A stretch of 64,000 bases of DNA, taken from Escherichia phage a51. Positions within the stretch are counted from its first letter, which is position 1; every line of letters begins with the position of its first letter. Positions 43,938 through 54,380 of this stretch are shown here, piece after piece. Under the pieces are notes generated by a model, which searched no databases, was not told the origin of the DNA, and saw only the letters and a list, made by a program, of their open reading frames with translations. The translations under genes were made by a program, and so were the position numbers. The DNA lies in sequence record OQ067376.1; one strand, given 5' to 3'.

Positions 43938-45757
43938 TACTGGCTCATCCATTCTTTACGAAGGTCAGCATTATCTCCCATGAGCATTTCAAAAAGCTCT
44001 TTCCAGTTCTCAGGAAGTTTAACAACATCATATACTGGGTTTTGAATCATCTCACGATATTCAGATTTTTCCAAAGAGCCAAGTCCCTTAATATAACGGA
44101 TGCTATGTTTAGGTAGAGCATCTTTGGCACTCTCATATTCAGCGACTGTATAAAACCATTCTTGTTTTTTGCCGACCTGAGCGATGATTACAGGAGTTTT
44201 GACAAAGCGAATTCTTCCTTGTTCAAACAATTCTGGCCAATTACTAAAAAATCCGAGCAGAGAAGGATAAATGCTTCCTAGACCATCATGGTCAGCATCG
44301 GTCATAATTGCAATATTATGATAATTCAAGTTTTCGGCTTTTTCACCAAGAACTAATCCAGTGATTGCGCAAATATCAAATAGTTCTTTGTTTTTAAGCA
44401 TATCAGCATATGACATACCCCAGCTATTAAGAACTTTACCACGCAATGGATAACCACCATGAAGTTCTTTATCACGAACATCAATAAGATATCCGATAGC
44501 AGAATCACCCTCAGTCAAGAAAAGAGTAGTGTCAGCATCTTTACCACAAAGATTCGCTTTGATATGTTTATGAACCTTAGCTTTAGAAGCCTTTTTAGCT
44601 GCTTTAGTTTCTGCTGCTTTTTCTGCCGCCAATTTACGAGCCAAAGCAGCTTCAATAATCGGCATTAGAATTGCTTCATTATTTAGAATAGCGCGTGAAA
44701 TCTTTTTAGCATCAAGTTGAATATGACTACGAATTTCGCCAAATGGAGAAGTCAAACGCTCTTTAGTTTGAGAATCAAATCGCATGTTTTTCATATCACG
44801 AACAAACATGACGATAGTCAAACATTCTTTGACACGTGCTTTAGTTACATCAATTTTGAACTTACGTTTGATTTGTGGAATAAGGTCTTCACAAATATCA
44901 TCCATAACACAGTCAATGTGATGGCCACCATTCTTAGTGTGAATGTTATTCACATAAGTTAATTGACGAAAACCATCCGGTGAACGACCAACTGCAATAG
45001 AACAATTTTCTTGTTCTTGAACGATAGCATGCTCATCATATTGGCGTGCATATTTCTTAAAATTACCCTGAACCTTTTTACCATTAAAGGTAAATTGAAT
45101 ATCAGGATAAACAACAGCAAGTGTCTGGAGACGATCTAGTGTAATGTCAAGATAAACTTGGGACAGCTCATTAGTTTCAAATGACATAAAATCAGGAATG
45201 AAAGTAACACGAGTTCCTTTCCATTTTCCTGGAATAGTTTCCCATGATTTATTTTCCATGCCATTTGAACAACGAACTACAATATTATTTTGACCATCAC
45301 CAGTTTCACCGACAAACATCACAGAAAAAATGTTTGTCAAACTAGAACCAACACCATTCATACCACCGGTGACGCGTTCTTTATCATCACCAAAGTTACC
45401 ACCTGCTTTTGGAATAGTCCATGCAGCAACAGGACCAGGAATTTCTTCACCGGTAGGTGTTTTAACCATCGCCTGTGGAATACCGCGACCGTTATCTTCA
45501 ACTGTTACTTGATTGTTTTTAATAGTAACATTAATTTTATTTGCGAATTTAAACTTAGTACGAATACCTTCATCTACTGAGTTATCGATAATTTCATCAA
45601 TAAGCTTAACAAGACCAGGTACATACTGAACACTTTCCCATTTACCAAACAGAAAGCGCTCATGCATTTCATTAGCAGAAGAGCCAATGTACATGCCGCT
45701 ACGCTTTTTGATATGTTCAATATCGCTCAGAATTTTAATTTCATTCTTAATCATCAC
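43937..45757 (-). CDS. 39: topoisomerase II large (ATPase, GyrB-like) subunit, unsplit gene 39
   Basis: 606 aa contiguous ORF with GHKL ATPase and toprim regions; no gene 60 split. Confidence 0.95.
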   Translation of the reverse strand: MMIKNEIKILSDIEHIKKRSGMYIGSSANEMHERFLFGKWESVQYVPGLVKLIDEIIDNSVDEGIRTKFKFANKINVTIKNNQVTVEDNGRGIPQAMVKTPTGEEIPGPVAAWTIPKAGGNFGDDKERVTGGMNGVGSSLTNIFSVMFVGETGDGQNNIVVRCSNGMENKSWETIPGKWKGTRVTFIPDFMSFETNELSQVYLDITLDRLQTLAVVYPDIQFTFNGKKVQGNFKKYARQYDEHAIVQEQENCSIAVGRSPDGFRQLTYVNNIHTKNGGHHIDCVMDDICEDLIPQIKRKFKIDVTKARVKECLTIVMFVRDMKNMRFDSQTKERLTSPFGEIRSHIQLDAKKISRAILNNEAILMPIIEAALARKLAAEKAAETKAAKKASKAKVHKHIKANLCGKDADTTLFLTEGDSAIGYLIDVRDKELHGGYPLRGKVLNSWGMSYADMLKNKELFDICAITGLVLGEKAENLNYHNIAIMTDADHDGLGSIYPSLLGFFSNWPELFEQGRIRFVKTPVIIAQVGKKQEWFYTVAEYESAKDALPKHSIRYIKGLGSLEKSEYREMIQNPVYDVVKLPENWKELFEMLMGDNADLRKEWMSQ

Positions 45758-45806
45758 TTATCCTCGTTTGGTTTCGGGAATATTATACTCCGGTAATCAT
45801 AAAGCT

Positions 45807-45825
45807 AAAGGCCCGAAGGCCTTTT
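45807..45825 (-). terminator. GGCC-CGAA-GGCC hairpin overlapping the lipoprotein gene stop
   Basis: aaaggcccgaaggcctttt; weak T-run on minus strand, may instead be an RNA stability element. Confidence 0.35.
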
Positions 45826-46084
45826 ATTTAAAACGGATAGTCGAATCCTTGAAGAATAGACCAGAACATACTGTTCCTTCTACTTTCTGCCCAGTAGGTC
45901 CAACAGCACGAAATCCAGTGTGTTGGAAATCATTTTCAGAGCAACCGAACCAGTTATATCCAGTGATTTCAATATTAGTAAAACCACTTGAAGACAAAAC
46001 TTTGGTTGCATTATCAGCATCAGTACATCCTACTAAAGACACTGCTAATACTAATGCTGCGATAGAACGATTAACATATTTCAT
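45824..46084 (-). CDS. putative lipoprotein (86 aa)
   Basis: Signal peptide with lipobox LVGC. Confidence 0.55.
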   Translation of the reverse strand: MKYVNRSIAALVLAVSLVGCTDADNATKVLSSSGFTNIEITGYNWFGCSENDFQHTGFRAVGPTGQKVEGTVCSGLFFKDSTIRFK

Positions 46085-46086
46085 AA

Positions 46087-46263
46087 TTACCCTTTAAGTA
46101 AGTCGTAAAATCCACCGTTCACATGCTTAGGAGCGGAAACTAACCGAATAGCAATCCGATGACAATCAGGACATACATCAGTATCCCTTTCAGAAATTTT
46201 CTTGATTTTTTCGTATTCTTTTGCACAGTCTTTGGATTGACATTTATAATCATAAAGAGGCAT
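46087..46263 (-). CDS. small zinc-ribbon protein (58 aa, CxxC...CPDC)
   Basis: Own translation MPLYDYKCQSKDCAKEYEKIKKISERDTDVCPDCHRIAIRLVSAPKHVNGGFYDLLKG. Confidence 0.4.
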   Translation of the reverse strand: MPLYDYKCQSKDCAKEYEKIKKISERDTDVCPDCHRIAIRLVSAPKHVNGGFYDLLKG

Positions 46264-46265
46264 AA

Positions 46266-46679
46266 TTATTCCTTAAAGTGAGCTTTCAACATCTGATACA
46301 AGGACCATGCCTGTTCATTATTTTCAATAGTAACTTTCATGATCGGGAATTCAGATGGTTCAGTTACTGGTGCAGGGTCTTCCTGCTCTTCAGCAGCCTG
46401 ATATGGATTTTCCACTTCATTAAAGAACTCGGCTTCGTTGCTAGAAAGCCAGATAAAGTTTTCGTCAATGACTGTACCTCGTGATGAATATCCAACTATG
46501 CCAGTAGATGTCACAATTTTAGTAGGACGCCCGTAATAGTCAACATCTAAAATTTTAAAAGGTTCCATACCTAAACGCCGCGCATAGATTCCGTTATCAG
46601 TATGGTCTTTAATAAAATTTTCTTGAGCTTGTTTATTTTTGAATTGATACCATTTATTAACTTCAAATTTAATAGCCAT
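46266..46679 (-). CDS. hypothetical protein (137 aa; T4 goF position)
   Basis: ORF track. Confidence 0.5.
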   Translation of the reverse strand: MAIKFEVNKWYQFKNKQAQENFIKDHTDNGIYARRLGMEPFKILDVDYYGRPTKIVTSTGIVGYSSRGTVIDENFIWLSSNEAEFFNEVENPYQAAEEQEDPAPVTEPSEFPIMKVTIENNEQAWSLYQMLKAHFKE

Positions 46680-46897
46680 TAATAAATTTCCTTCCAGTAA
46701 GTTGTGCCGTCTTCAGTAATTTCACGAAATACACCGTAAATTGGCTGTTTATCACCGACTTTCTCATACACATAAACAGAAGTCAAGTGAGTAAACTTGC
46801 TAGTATGTTCCTTTTGAACTACTACCAAATTTGGATCAAATAATACATCTTCAAATTCATCATTAGTGCAATTCTGAACAATTTTACGTTTCATCAT
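46679..46897 (-). CDS. hypothetical protein (72 aa; T4 cef position)
   Basis: ORF track. Confidence 0.45.
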   Translation of the reverse strand: MMKRKIVQNCTNDEFEDVLFDPNLVVVQKEHTSKFTHLTSVYVYEKVGDKQPIYGVFREITEDGTTYWKEIY

Positions 46898-47065
46898 AAT
46901 TTCCTCATTAATTGAACATTGGAGCGATGCGTTTCAGAAGAGTATCAGCACCTTTAGCGAATTTCCATTTTATTCTCCAAGTTGTTTTCTGTATCAGTAG
47001 TTGATATTGATATAGTACCATAATCAACTACTGATGTATATAGTTTTATGAAAAAATTTTAAACT

Positions 47066-47563
47066 TTATGCACAGCGAGCTTTGCTATAGTGTTTAATCC
47101 AACTTTCAGGAATGACTTTGTATGTTCCTAAAAATACCGCATTGTACAGCTTAACACCATCTTCTACCCATTGATCGGTAATGTATGCGCACATAGCACG
47201 AGTACGGCGTTTTTGAACAACCCCTTCCTCATCTTCAGTAAATTCGAATTCATAAGGAGCAACGAACTTAATAGCCTGACCGAGTTTCCACTTAAAGTCT
47301 ACACCTACATGCGAAGTATCAATCGTTTCAATTCCTTTAGCGGGAACAGCTTTCAAAAACGCAGATTCAAGAAATTTCGCGCGAACATAACCAAACTGAG
47401 GTTTAGACTTTCCATCTTTAGGAATGATACGAACTTTTACTTCAGAATCTTCATCTTTAACGCCGTGTTTAAGCTGAATGCTTACAATTTCGACCAATTT
47501 TCCTGCTGCTTTAGAGCGGGATTTATCAGATACACGAGCAATTTCACCAATATTAATAATCAT
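47066..47563 (-). CDS. hypothetical protein (165 aa; T4 motB position), paralogue of next gene
   Basis: C-terminus ...CAYITDQWVEDGVKLYNAVFLG shared with the 181 aa neighbour. Confidence 0.5.
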   Translation of the reverse strand: MIINIGEIARVSDKSRSKAAGKLVEIVSIQLKHGVKDEDSEVKVRIIPKDGKSKPQFGYVRAKFLESAFLKAVPAKGIETIDTSHVGVDFKWKLGQAIKFVAPYEFEFTEDEEGVVQKRRTRAMCAYITDQWVEDGVKLYNAVFLGTYKVIPESWIKHYSKARCA

Positions 47564-47597
47564 AGTTATCTCTCACTTGTTAAAAAGATTTTATACT

Positions 47598-47627
47598 CCA
47601 CAGGACCATTATACTCTGGTCCCAAGA
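47598..47627 (-). promoter_or_regulatory. T4 early-type promoter
   Basis: gtaaac 47622-47627 (plus); attatactctgg -10 region. Confidence 0.5.
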
Positions 47628-47639
47628 GTTTGTAAACTA

Positions 47640-48185
47640 TTAATTCAAAATAGCTACCACCGCACTACGAGGTACTACACTAAAATCTCCTGCATGGACA
47701 ACGTTCAGAAGCTCAACACCATCTTCAATCCACTGGTCTGTTACCCAACCACAGATAGGATTATCAAAAGGACGACGGATAGACACAGCAGCACACAACA
47801 GGTCTGTAGGGTCTTGTTCTTCAACTTCTTGGAACAGGATGAACTCATCTTCATAAACCAGGTTTTTCTTTATTTTGTTATTATCTAACCGGCGACCGTG
47901 GATGACGTAAGATTTGTCAAACCACTCACTTTTGGCAAATTCTTCAACAATAAATTCGCCTTCGCCAAAAACATCAGTCAGAGTTTTATGACCAGAAATC
48001 AAGGCATTAGTTTTAATTTTAGGTTCAACCAGTTTGTAGGTTTTGCCGATTTCAATAGCGGTAGTCATAGTAGGTTCCTTAATTTCCAGTGGTTTAACAG
48101 GGCATACATAAGTGCTTACAACATCAAAATCAATCAGTTTATCTACAGGATTCGATGTGTATTCAGGATTATAATTAAATTTCAT
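47640..48185 (-). CDS. hypothetical protein (181 aa), paralogue of previous gene
   Basis: C-terminus ...ICGWVTDQWIEDGVELLNVVHAG. Confidence 0.5.
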   Translation of the reverse strand: MKFNYNPEYTSNPVDKLIDFDVVSTYVCPVKPLEIKEPTMTTAIEIGKTYKLVEPKIKTNALISGHKTLTDVFGEGEFIVEEFAKSEWFDKSYVIHGRRLDNNKIKKNLVYEDEFILFQEVEEQDPTDLLCAAVSIRRPFDNPICGWVTDQWIEDGVELLNVVHAGDFSVVPRSAVVAILN

Positions 48186-48187
48186 AA

Positions 48188-48688
48188 TTATCTCATTTCA
48201 ATAAAATCTACGAGTTCAGCATGGGATTTGCGGAACATTACTTGGTGTCCACCAATGACAACTTGATCATCTGGCACTTCGTATACAGCGAGATAAAATC
48301 CTTTAGAAGATAATTCTTCCCGCTCTTCTCGCGTGAACCATCTCATCATATCATATTCACTAGCGAAAGCAAAATGATAAAGAGCTATAAACCATCCTGG
48401 AATATGATATTCTACTCCAACATAATCTTTCTTGAACTTAGTATTAATTGCTATATTAGCGTTTTTAACTAATAATTTGTCTTCGTGTGGTAAAGGAATT
48501 CTTTTATTATTATCGCTATGATGCATAAAATTAGGTCTGTCATAACCTACGTGTAATAACCACTCTTCGCTCCATGAATCTATTATACTCCTGTACGGCG
48601 TTATTTGAACACAAAGATTTCGACGTATTGTTATAGCATCTTCATTATTAAGAATACTAAACGATGATTCAACGCGATAAATTTTCAT
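48188..48688 (-). CDS. hypothetical protein (166 aa)
   Basis: ATG at 48688 with GAGG upstream; track start 48727 would overlap the promoter. Confidence 0.5.
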   Translation of the reverse strand: MKIYRVESSFSILNNEDAITIRRNLCVQITPYRSIIDSWSEEWLLHVGYDRPNFMHHSDNNKRIPLPHEDKLLVKNANIAINTKFKKDYVGVEYHIPGWFIALYHFAFASEYDMMRWFTREEREELSSKGFYLAVYEVPDDQVVIGGHQVMFRKSHAELVDFIEMR

Positions 48689-48712
48689 TTTATTATCCTC
48701 AGTAGCTATGGT

Positions 48713-48745
48713 GTTATAATACCACAACTAACCGAGGAAGTAAAC
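48713..48745 (-). promoter_or_regulatory. T4 early-type promoter
   Basis: gtaaac 48740-48745 (plus); gttataatacca -10 region. Confidence 0.5.
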
Positions 48746-48751
48746 AACTTT

Positions 48752-49435
48752 TTATCGTTTTGTTGGAAGAGACAGAGGATCGCATTCTTCCTCTGACGGA
48801 GCATCTTCAAGACCCATAGCGTATCGCAAAGCATACTTCATCATCAGGATGTCTTTCGCACAGTCATGAATAGAATTATGCGCAACAAATCCATCTAAAG
48901 TTCCCTTTGGAAGGGGGCATGTTGTCATATCACGAACAAGCAGAAGTGCTTCAATTCTGGTACGAATATCACGCTGATTCCAGAATTTACATGGTTCTAA
49001 CTTAAATGTGTCAAGTTCATTCTCAGAAACGCCATTAAGACGTTGAATATCGCGAATGAGATCGACTAAAATTGGAAAATCAAACGACATTCCACGGCAC
49101 CATCCTTGAGATTTCCAAGGATCGATGTTATGTGCATTGATGTAATCATTAAATTTTACAATACCATCGATAGTGCTTACATCTTCATCTGATGGTGCAA
49201 TATTTTTTCGAGCTTCAGGAGACTGATTTTTCCACCATTCGATAGTGCTTTTAGTAAAAAGACGATGTCCTTTTTGGCTTTTTAAATCAAACTTGATTTT
49301 AATGCCGCGTGAAACTAATTCATCAAATGTTTCAATCACTTCTGGGTTAGGGTCAAAGGCAATAACAGCCAAATCAATAACGGCTGCTTTTTCACCACTT
49401 CCCATTGTTTCAAAATCTATAATAAAATCAAACAT
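48752..49435 (-). CDS. dexA: exonuclease A (DEDDh 3'-5' exonuclease)
   Basis: 227 aa as T4 DexA; DFETMG exonuclease motif near N-terminus. Confidence 0.9.
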   Translation of the reverse strand: MFDFIIDFETMGSGEKAAVIDLAVIAFDPNPEVIETFDELVSRGIKIKFDLKSQKGHRLFTKSTIEWWKNQSPEARKNIAPSDEDVSTIDGIVKFNDYINAHNIDPWKSQGWCRGMSFDFPILVDLIRDIQRLNGVSENELDTFKLEPCKFWNQRDIRTRIEALLLVRDMTTCPLPKGTLDGFVAHNSIHDCAKDILMMKYALRYAMGLEDAPSEEECDPLSLPTKR

Positions 49436-49710
49436 TAAATTTTCCTTGCTAAATCGCGAATTTGACCTACAGTATAGTCTTGAATATAAACTTTATTAAT
49501 GGGCTCATCAATAAATTTTGCCACAGATTCAATGTCTTTTTGTATCTCTTCAAGACTGTATACTATCTTTGAAGCTTTTTCGCGAATAGTAATATTTTCA
49601 GGACCTGGATTTTCTTCAATGACATCTTTAACATTTGTTATAAGAGATTTAAACTGCCACCAACTTAATTCAATCATTAATAACCGCCTTATAAAGATAG
49701 CTAATTTCAC
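49435..49710 (-). CDS. hypothetical protein (91 aa)
   Basis: ORF track. Confidence 0.5.
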   Translation of the reverse strand: MKLAIFIRRLLMIELSWWQFKSLITNVKDVIEENPGPENITIREKASKIVYSLEEIQKDIESVAKFIDEPINKVYIQDYTVGQIRDLARKI

Positions 49711-49930
49711 CTAAAATATAATCACTGATTGTAACAGTTTTTACTTCACCACAAAAGAATTCTAACGCAATTAAATCTCGTTCAATTTCTTCTAATTGAA
49801 GCATCAACTTACTAGATTCAGTTTTCACATTTTTGCGATTTTTGCTATAAGCTATTTCATAAATTTCGCTTACTTTATCTTGAAGAAGATAAAACTGATC
49901 TTTAGTTATTTCCACGAATAGCTTCCTCAA
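49670..49930 (-). CDS. hypothetical protein (86 aa)
   Basis: ORF track. Confidence 0.45.
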   Translation of the reverse strand: MRKLFVEITKDQFYLLQDKVSEIYEIAYSKNRKNVKTESSKLMLQLEEIERDLIALEFFCGEVKTVTISDYILGEISYLYKAVIND

Positions 49931-49936
49931 ATTTAA

Positions 49937-51256
49937 TCATACATAAAATACATCATAACGACCACGGGTAACACCAACATAAAGAAGTTGTTGGGCCAAT
50001 TCAGCATCTGCATAATGAATACAAGGCGTATAAATGAAAGCACGGTCTACAGACATACCTTGAGCTTTATGGAATGTTGATGCAGGAAGTGCTTTCACTT
50101 TACTAAACTGTGATTTAGCATCCCAAAAATCACTCCATGGAGCTTTTCCGCCTTTGTTCCAATTTTTATAAGTTTCTGCCGTTTTACCTAAAAATAGGTT
50201 AAACTTATATAACTCTTCATCAGATGAAATTATTTTAATCTTTTCACGATAATATTCATCATCGCCGTAAGTTTCTACTGTTAAATCCCAATGACGAATT
50301 AAGTATTCTCCAGGAACACCACGAGCTTTAACAAACGTCGATGTATACTCTGCTTCTATAATACGAACTAATTGTCCGTTATTAAAAATAATTTCTGACA
50401 CAGGCTTTCCATCAATTTTATATGTTTTAATTAATGGTTCCTGCATTACAATAATTTCACCGACAATAAAATCTTTATCAGTTTCAAAAATCTTTTTACG
50501 AATAATGCTATTTAACTTGTCAACAGATTTATTCGTAAATGCCATTACGCGATTTTCAAACAAATCATCTAGTGATTTTACGATTGAAAAATAATTTACC
50601 ATAAAATCGCGTAAAGCGGTATCACCTGTAAATCCACGTACTCCATGCCCGTCAACAATTTTATCATAAATCCACTTACCGTTACGAACGTCAGTAGCTA
50701 CATCAATAATAGGAGCATTACTGCGTTTAACTTCAGTGAGTTCACACTGATAAAAATCTTTGTGTGTAAAGAATGGACTGATATAAGCAGTGTTTTCTCC
50801 TGGGTCAACAGGTCTAATCTGCTTATTATCACCTATTCCAATTATAGTACACCATGGCGGGATAGTTGAAAGCAGAATTTTAAATAGCTTTCTATCATAC
50901 ATTGACACTTCGTCGCAGATTAATACTCTGCATTTAGCTAAATCCGGTACTTCTTTTTGTTCAAAAAGAACGTTTTCTTCATATGTTACTGGGTTAATTT
51001 TAAGAATGCTATGAATAGTACTTGCTTCTTTCCCTGATAGTTTTGAAAGAATCTTTTTAGCTGCATGAGTAGGAGCTGCTAAAATAATACCAGTTTCACC
51101 CGTAGATATTAAAGCTTCAATGATGAACTTAGTAAGAGTAGTCTTACCGGTACCAGCAGGTCCATTAATAGTTACATGATGTTTCTTTTCTTTAATAGCC
51201 CTCATAACGATGTTAAAGGCATTTTTCTGGCCTTCTGTCAAATCATCAAATGTCAT
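49937..51256 (-). CDS. dda: Dda DNA helicase (SF1B)
   Basis: 439 aa as T4 Dda; Walker A GPAGTGKT. Confidence 0.95.
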   Translation of the reverse strand: MTFDDLTEGQKNAFNIVMRAIKEKKHHVTINGPAGTGKTTLTKFIIEALISTGETGIILAAPTHAAKKILSKLSGKEASTIHSILKINPVTYEENVLFEQKEVPDLAKCRVLICDEVSMYDRKLFKILLSTIPPWCTIIGIGDNKQIRPVDPGENTAYISPFFTHKDFYQCELTEVKRSNAPIIDVATDVRNGKWIYDKIVDGHGVRGFTGDTALRDFMVNYFSIVKSLDDLFENRVMAFTNKSVDKLNSIIRKKIFETDKDFIVGEIIVMQEPLIKTYKIDGKPVSEIIFNNGQLVRIIEAEYTSTFVKARGVPGEYLIRHWDLTVETYGDDEYYREKIKIISSDEELYKFNLFLGKTAETYKNWNKGGKAPWSDFWDAKSQFSKVKALPASTFHKAQGMSVDRAFIYTPCIHYADAELAQQLLYVGVTRGRYDVFYV

Positions 51257-51564
51257 CGGAAAGTCCCTGCAATTGGAATACTAACAATACGCCCAGTATC
51301 TAGAATTCGTTGATATAATCTTTGTGTATCTACATCAGGCTTAACATGTTTAACTTCTATTTTATTAAACCAAAATTTACGTGGAGTCTCAACTAATCTT
51401 GGAATTCCTTTACCTAAAGCTAGTCGATACTGCTCTTTAAGAGTGGTAAATACTTTATCAGCAATCTTCCATTCAAAAAATACAGCAGGACGATGTTCAT
51501 CAAGTGGAACTGGCGCCGTAAATCCGTCTTTGTCTCGGTAAACTATCGCATATACATAAACCAT
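51253..51564 (-). CDS. hypothetical protein (103 aa)
   Basis: ORF track. Confidence 0.5.
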   Translation of the reverse strand: MVYVYAIVYRDKDGFTAPVPLDEHRPAVFFEWKIADKVFTTLKEQYRLALGKGIPRLVETPRKFWFNKIEVKHVKPDVDTQRLYQRILDTGRIVSIPIAGTFR

Positions 51565-51565
51565 A

Positions 51566-52312
51566 TTATCCTCGGATAAGTTTAAAAATTGAACAATTTA
51601 GCGGGTATCCTCTTTTCAGTTTAAGTTTATCAATAAAAGACAAATTTTGATACCGCTCTACACCTTGAATAATTTTATCACACATATCATATTGCATTTC
51701 TGCTTCTGACAGCTTTTTCACAATTTTCCAATCCGAGCCTTTAAGAAGAACGTTCAATTTAACAACTTCAGCGCCTTCTGCTATGCGAGAACCATCAATA
51801 CGTGCTTTAAGTGCTATAATTCTTAGCTTAATGTCAGAGGTCTGTTTTGATTTAGAAAGCTGAGAAATGTGTTCAATTCGGTTTTCACGTTTTTTCTGTA
51901 TAGCTTTAATTTGATTATAAGTCTTTTTGATTTTAGCCCATTTCTTTTCATCTAAATTTAGTTTATGAACTTTTTTCGCAGATGAACGACCAATTCGCAA
52001 AGCAAATAAATCACGCTTTTCAATCAACTCTTCTAAAGTATAATCAGAACGAAATGTATTATACTTTTTCTTTACTGCAATAACATTCCCTTTAATGTAT
52101 CCAACGTTATTATCAAAACGTTCTAACGATAATTTCTCTCCTTCAATACGATTATCAAAAGGTTCTCCCGAGTAAGCACAAACTTTTTGATCTAAAATGT
52201 TCTTAATGTAATTGAAGTCTAAGTTAAAATCTTTAGAACGTCTTTTTGCAGATGCCTGAGTATGCTCTAGACGACGTTTAATTTTACGAATTTGGTTATT
52301 AGACAGCTTCAT
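51566..52312 (-). CDS. hypothetical basic protein (248 aa; T4 srd position)
   Basis: Position between dda.1-like ORF and modA. Confidence 0.5.
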   Translation of the reverse strand: MKLSNNQIRKIKRRLEHTQASAKRRSKDFNLDFNYIKNILDQKVCAYSGEPFDNRIEGEKLSLERFDNNVGYIKGNVIAVKKKYNTFRSDYTLEELIEKRDLFALRIGRSSAKKVHKLNLDEKKWAKIKKTYNQIKAIQKKRENRIEHISQLSKSKQTSDIKLRIIALKARIDGSRIAEGAEVVKLNVLLKGSDWKIVKKLSEAEMQYDMCDKIIQGVERYQNLSFIDKLKLKRGYPLNCSIFKLIRG

Positions 52313-52338
52313 ATTTTTCTCACGGACGGGTTAACTAC

Positions 52339-52372
52339 TTATACTATAACATTTTTACTTCAGCTTGTAAAC
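52339..52372 (-). promoter_or_regulatory. T4 early-type promoter
   Basis: gtaaac 52367-52372 (plus); ttatactataac -10 region. Confidence 0.5.
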
Positions 52373-52428
52373 AACTTTATGAAAAATGCTTTAAAACTTT
52401 CATGGTATAATGAATCTAAGTCCTTCCA

Positions 52429-53031
52429 TTATAGATTAAATCCTTCAAAATCAAGAGTATAGATAGTATATGTTGAATACTTTTTGTACTCATATCTATC
52501 TGCAATTCTAAATACACTTCCAGCTGGTATCATTACTTCTTGTTCATCTGAAACTAATTCCATATTACGATAGCGATGGCTATCTGGAAACTTAAAACTT
52601 GGACTATATTCTTTACAACGTAGAGCTTTTATAGCATACTCCTGGAAATTAAATACCATAGGAGCTTTGAATTCAAAAATAACTTGTGTATTGTATTCTA
52701 ATCCAGAAGCAAAATGTAGAGCTATATTTTTATCATATGAAGCTGATACTACTTTATCAAATGTAATAATATCAATTCCTTGATTTAACACCTGTTTAGT
52801 CTCAACTGGAACACCTCTCCAAAGAGGTTTATCGTTTGGAACCAAACGAGATTTGACTATTTCATTTAACCAAGAATGATCGTCTGGTTTATTAGTAATA
52901 CAATGAATTAAAAGTTCAATTTCAGATAAATTAAATCCTTCAGAAAGTAATTCTTCACGAATAGAAGCACGCACCGATGCATCCATTGATTTTATTTTAA
53001 AATCTTTTAGTTGCATTACTGAGTATTTCAT
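52429..53031 (-). CDS. modA: ADP-ribosyltransferase ModA
   Basis: 200 aa as T4 ModA; tandem with paralogous 207 aa gene. Confidence 0.8.
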   Translation of the reverse strand: MKYSVMQLKDFKIKSMDASVRASIREELLSEGFNLSEIELLIHCITNKPDDHSWLNEIVKSRLVPNDKPLWRGVPVETKQVLNQGIDIITFDKVVSASYDKNIALHFASGLEYNTQVIFEFKAPMVFNFQEYAIKALRCKEYSPSFKFPDSHRYRNMELVSDEQEVMIPAGSVFRIADRYEYKKYSTYTIYTLDFEGFNL

Positions 53032-53651
53032 TCAACTACCTCAATATCATAAACTTTAAATGTTCCAAATGAATCGTGTAATTTTTCTTTTGAAATAGAA
53101 GTTATTCTATACTTTCCAATTGGAATCATCCATTCTTGTTCACGCACAATCATCATTAAGTTATCAGTACGCTCTGAATCTAATCCATCAGTATCTTCAT
53201 ATGTATACTTAAATTCAGTATTAGGAGAAGAAAGTATAATATCGCTGATATGGTCAGAATAATTAAAAGCTTTATCAGTTTTTAAGCGAAATATTATTTC
53301 AGTGAAATACTCAACATAAGAAAAACCACATGCTGTGTGCAAACTAGTAGTAAATGAATCTACTCTGTTCGTTGAAAACACTTCTCCAACTTGTAAATCT
53401 TTAATGAGTTCTTTTGTCGATTTTGATATACCACGATATAGCTGATAAGGCGATTTAGTTAAATGCTTTTTAACGATTTTATTCAACTGCCGATGAAGAG
53501 CTTCATTCTTTTTGGCTTCCATACACTGCCAAAGAATTGACTGCTCAAAGTCAGTAAATTTTTCACAGACTTTTTTATACATATCATATTGAAAATCAAC
53601 GCTTTCAGCTTTTATAGATAACTGTTCAACATCTGCAAGATTAATAATCAT
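53028..53651 (-). CDS. modB: ADP-ribosyltransferase ModB
   Basis: 207 aa as T4 ModB. Confidence 0.8.
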   Translation of the reverse strand: MIINLADVEQLSIKAESVDFQYDMYKKVCEKFTDFEQSILWQCMEAKKNEALHRQLNKIVKKHLTKSPYQLYRGISKSTKELIKDLQVGEVFSTNRVDSFTTSLHTACGFSYVEYFTEIIFRLKTDKAFNYSDHISDIILSSPNTEFKYTYEDTDGLDSERTDNLMMIVREQEWMIPIGKYRITSISKEKLHDSFGTFKVYDIEVVE

Positions 53652-53675
53652 GATAGCCTCCGTATACTTCAGAAG

Positions 53676-53707
53676 CTATCATATCATCGTTAGAAAGGAA
53701 AGTAAAC
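53676..53707 (-). promoter_or_regulatory. T4 early-type promoter
   Basis: gtaaac 53702-53707 (plus). Confidence 0.45.
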
Positions 53708-53718
53708 AACTTTTTGAA

Positions 53719-53901
53719 TTATTTTGCCCAGGGAGCCCAAGGCGGAGGGTCAAGATGGTATGAAGCTAGTTCTTCTAGAAGAGCATCTGGGGCTTCAATT
53801 CCATAATTCTGTAATACTATACGGTACTCTTTCTTATAATCACTAGAATCATTCTGGTTATTCGTAGAATGATTATCTTCTAACATCTCAAATAAATCCA
53901 T
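53719..53901 (-). CDS. hypothetical protein (60 aa)
   Basis: ORF track. Confidence 0.45.
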   Translation of the reverse strand: MDLFEMLEDNHSTNNQNDSSDYKKEYRIVLQNYGIEAPDALLEELASYHLDPPPWAPWAK

Positions 53902-53909
53902 ATTAATTC

Positions 53910-54380
53910 CTAGCGATAAAAACCAAATTGACGATTAGCTTCAATAATCTTTCTTTCTTCTTCGGACATTCTCCAGCGTAGTCCAACGTCAAAATGAGCC
54001 CAGACCATCTTAACAAATGCATTTATATCTTTAATATCTTCAATAATGAATGTTTTACTTTTCGAAGGTTGACTCGCTAATTTAACTTTATCATCTTCAA
54101 ACAGGTCAAAAAGACCATATTCATGAGCTCTTTTATAGCCTTTAATAGTTAAAGCTTCAGAAGAAGAAAACGGTGAATCAGTATTCTGTAAAATATCTTC
54201 AGTATGCTTTATAATTAGAATAACATTTTCTGGATATTTTCTTTCTTTTATATCTTTAATTAAAAGATCCGGATTTTCTGCTAAAGGAATAATTAATGAG
54301 CATTTTTTATCAAGTGCATTTACTGATTTACCTTCTTTAGACATAAATTCTATTGAATAATGTTTTGCTACTTCAATCAT
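53910..54380 (-). CDS. hypothetical protein (156 aa)
   Basis: ORF track. Confidence 0.5.
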   Translation of the reverse strand: MIEVAKHYSIEFMSKEGKSVNALDKKCSLIIPLAENPDLLIKDIKERKYPENVILIIKHTEDILQNTDSPFSSSEALTIKGYKRAHEYGLFDLFEDDKVKLASQPSKSKTFIIEDIKDINAFVKMVWAHFDVGLRWRMSEEERKIIEANRQFGFYR

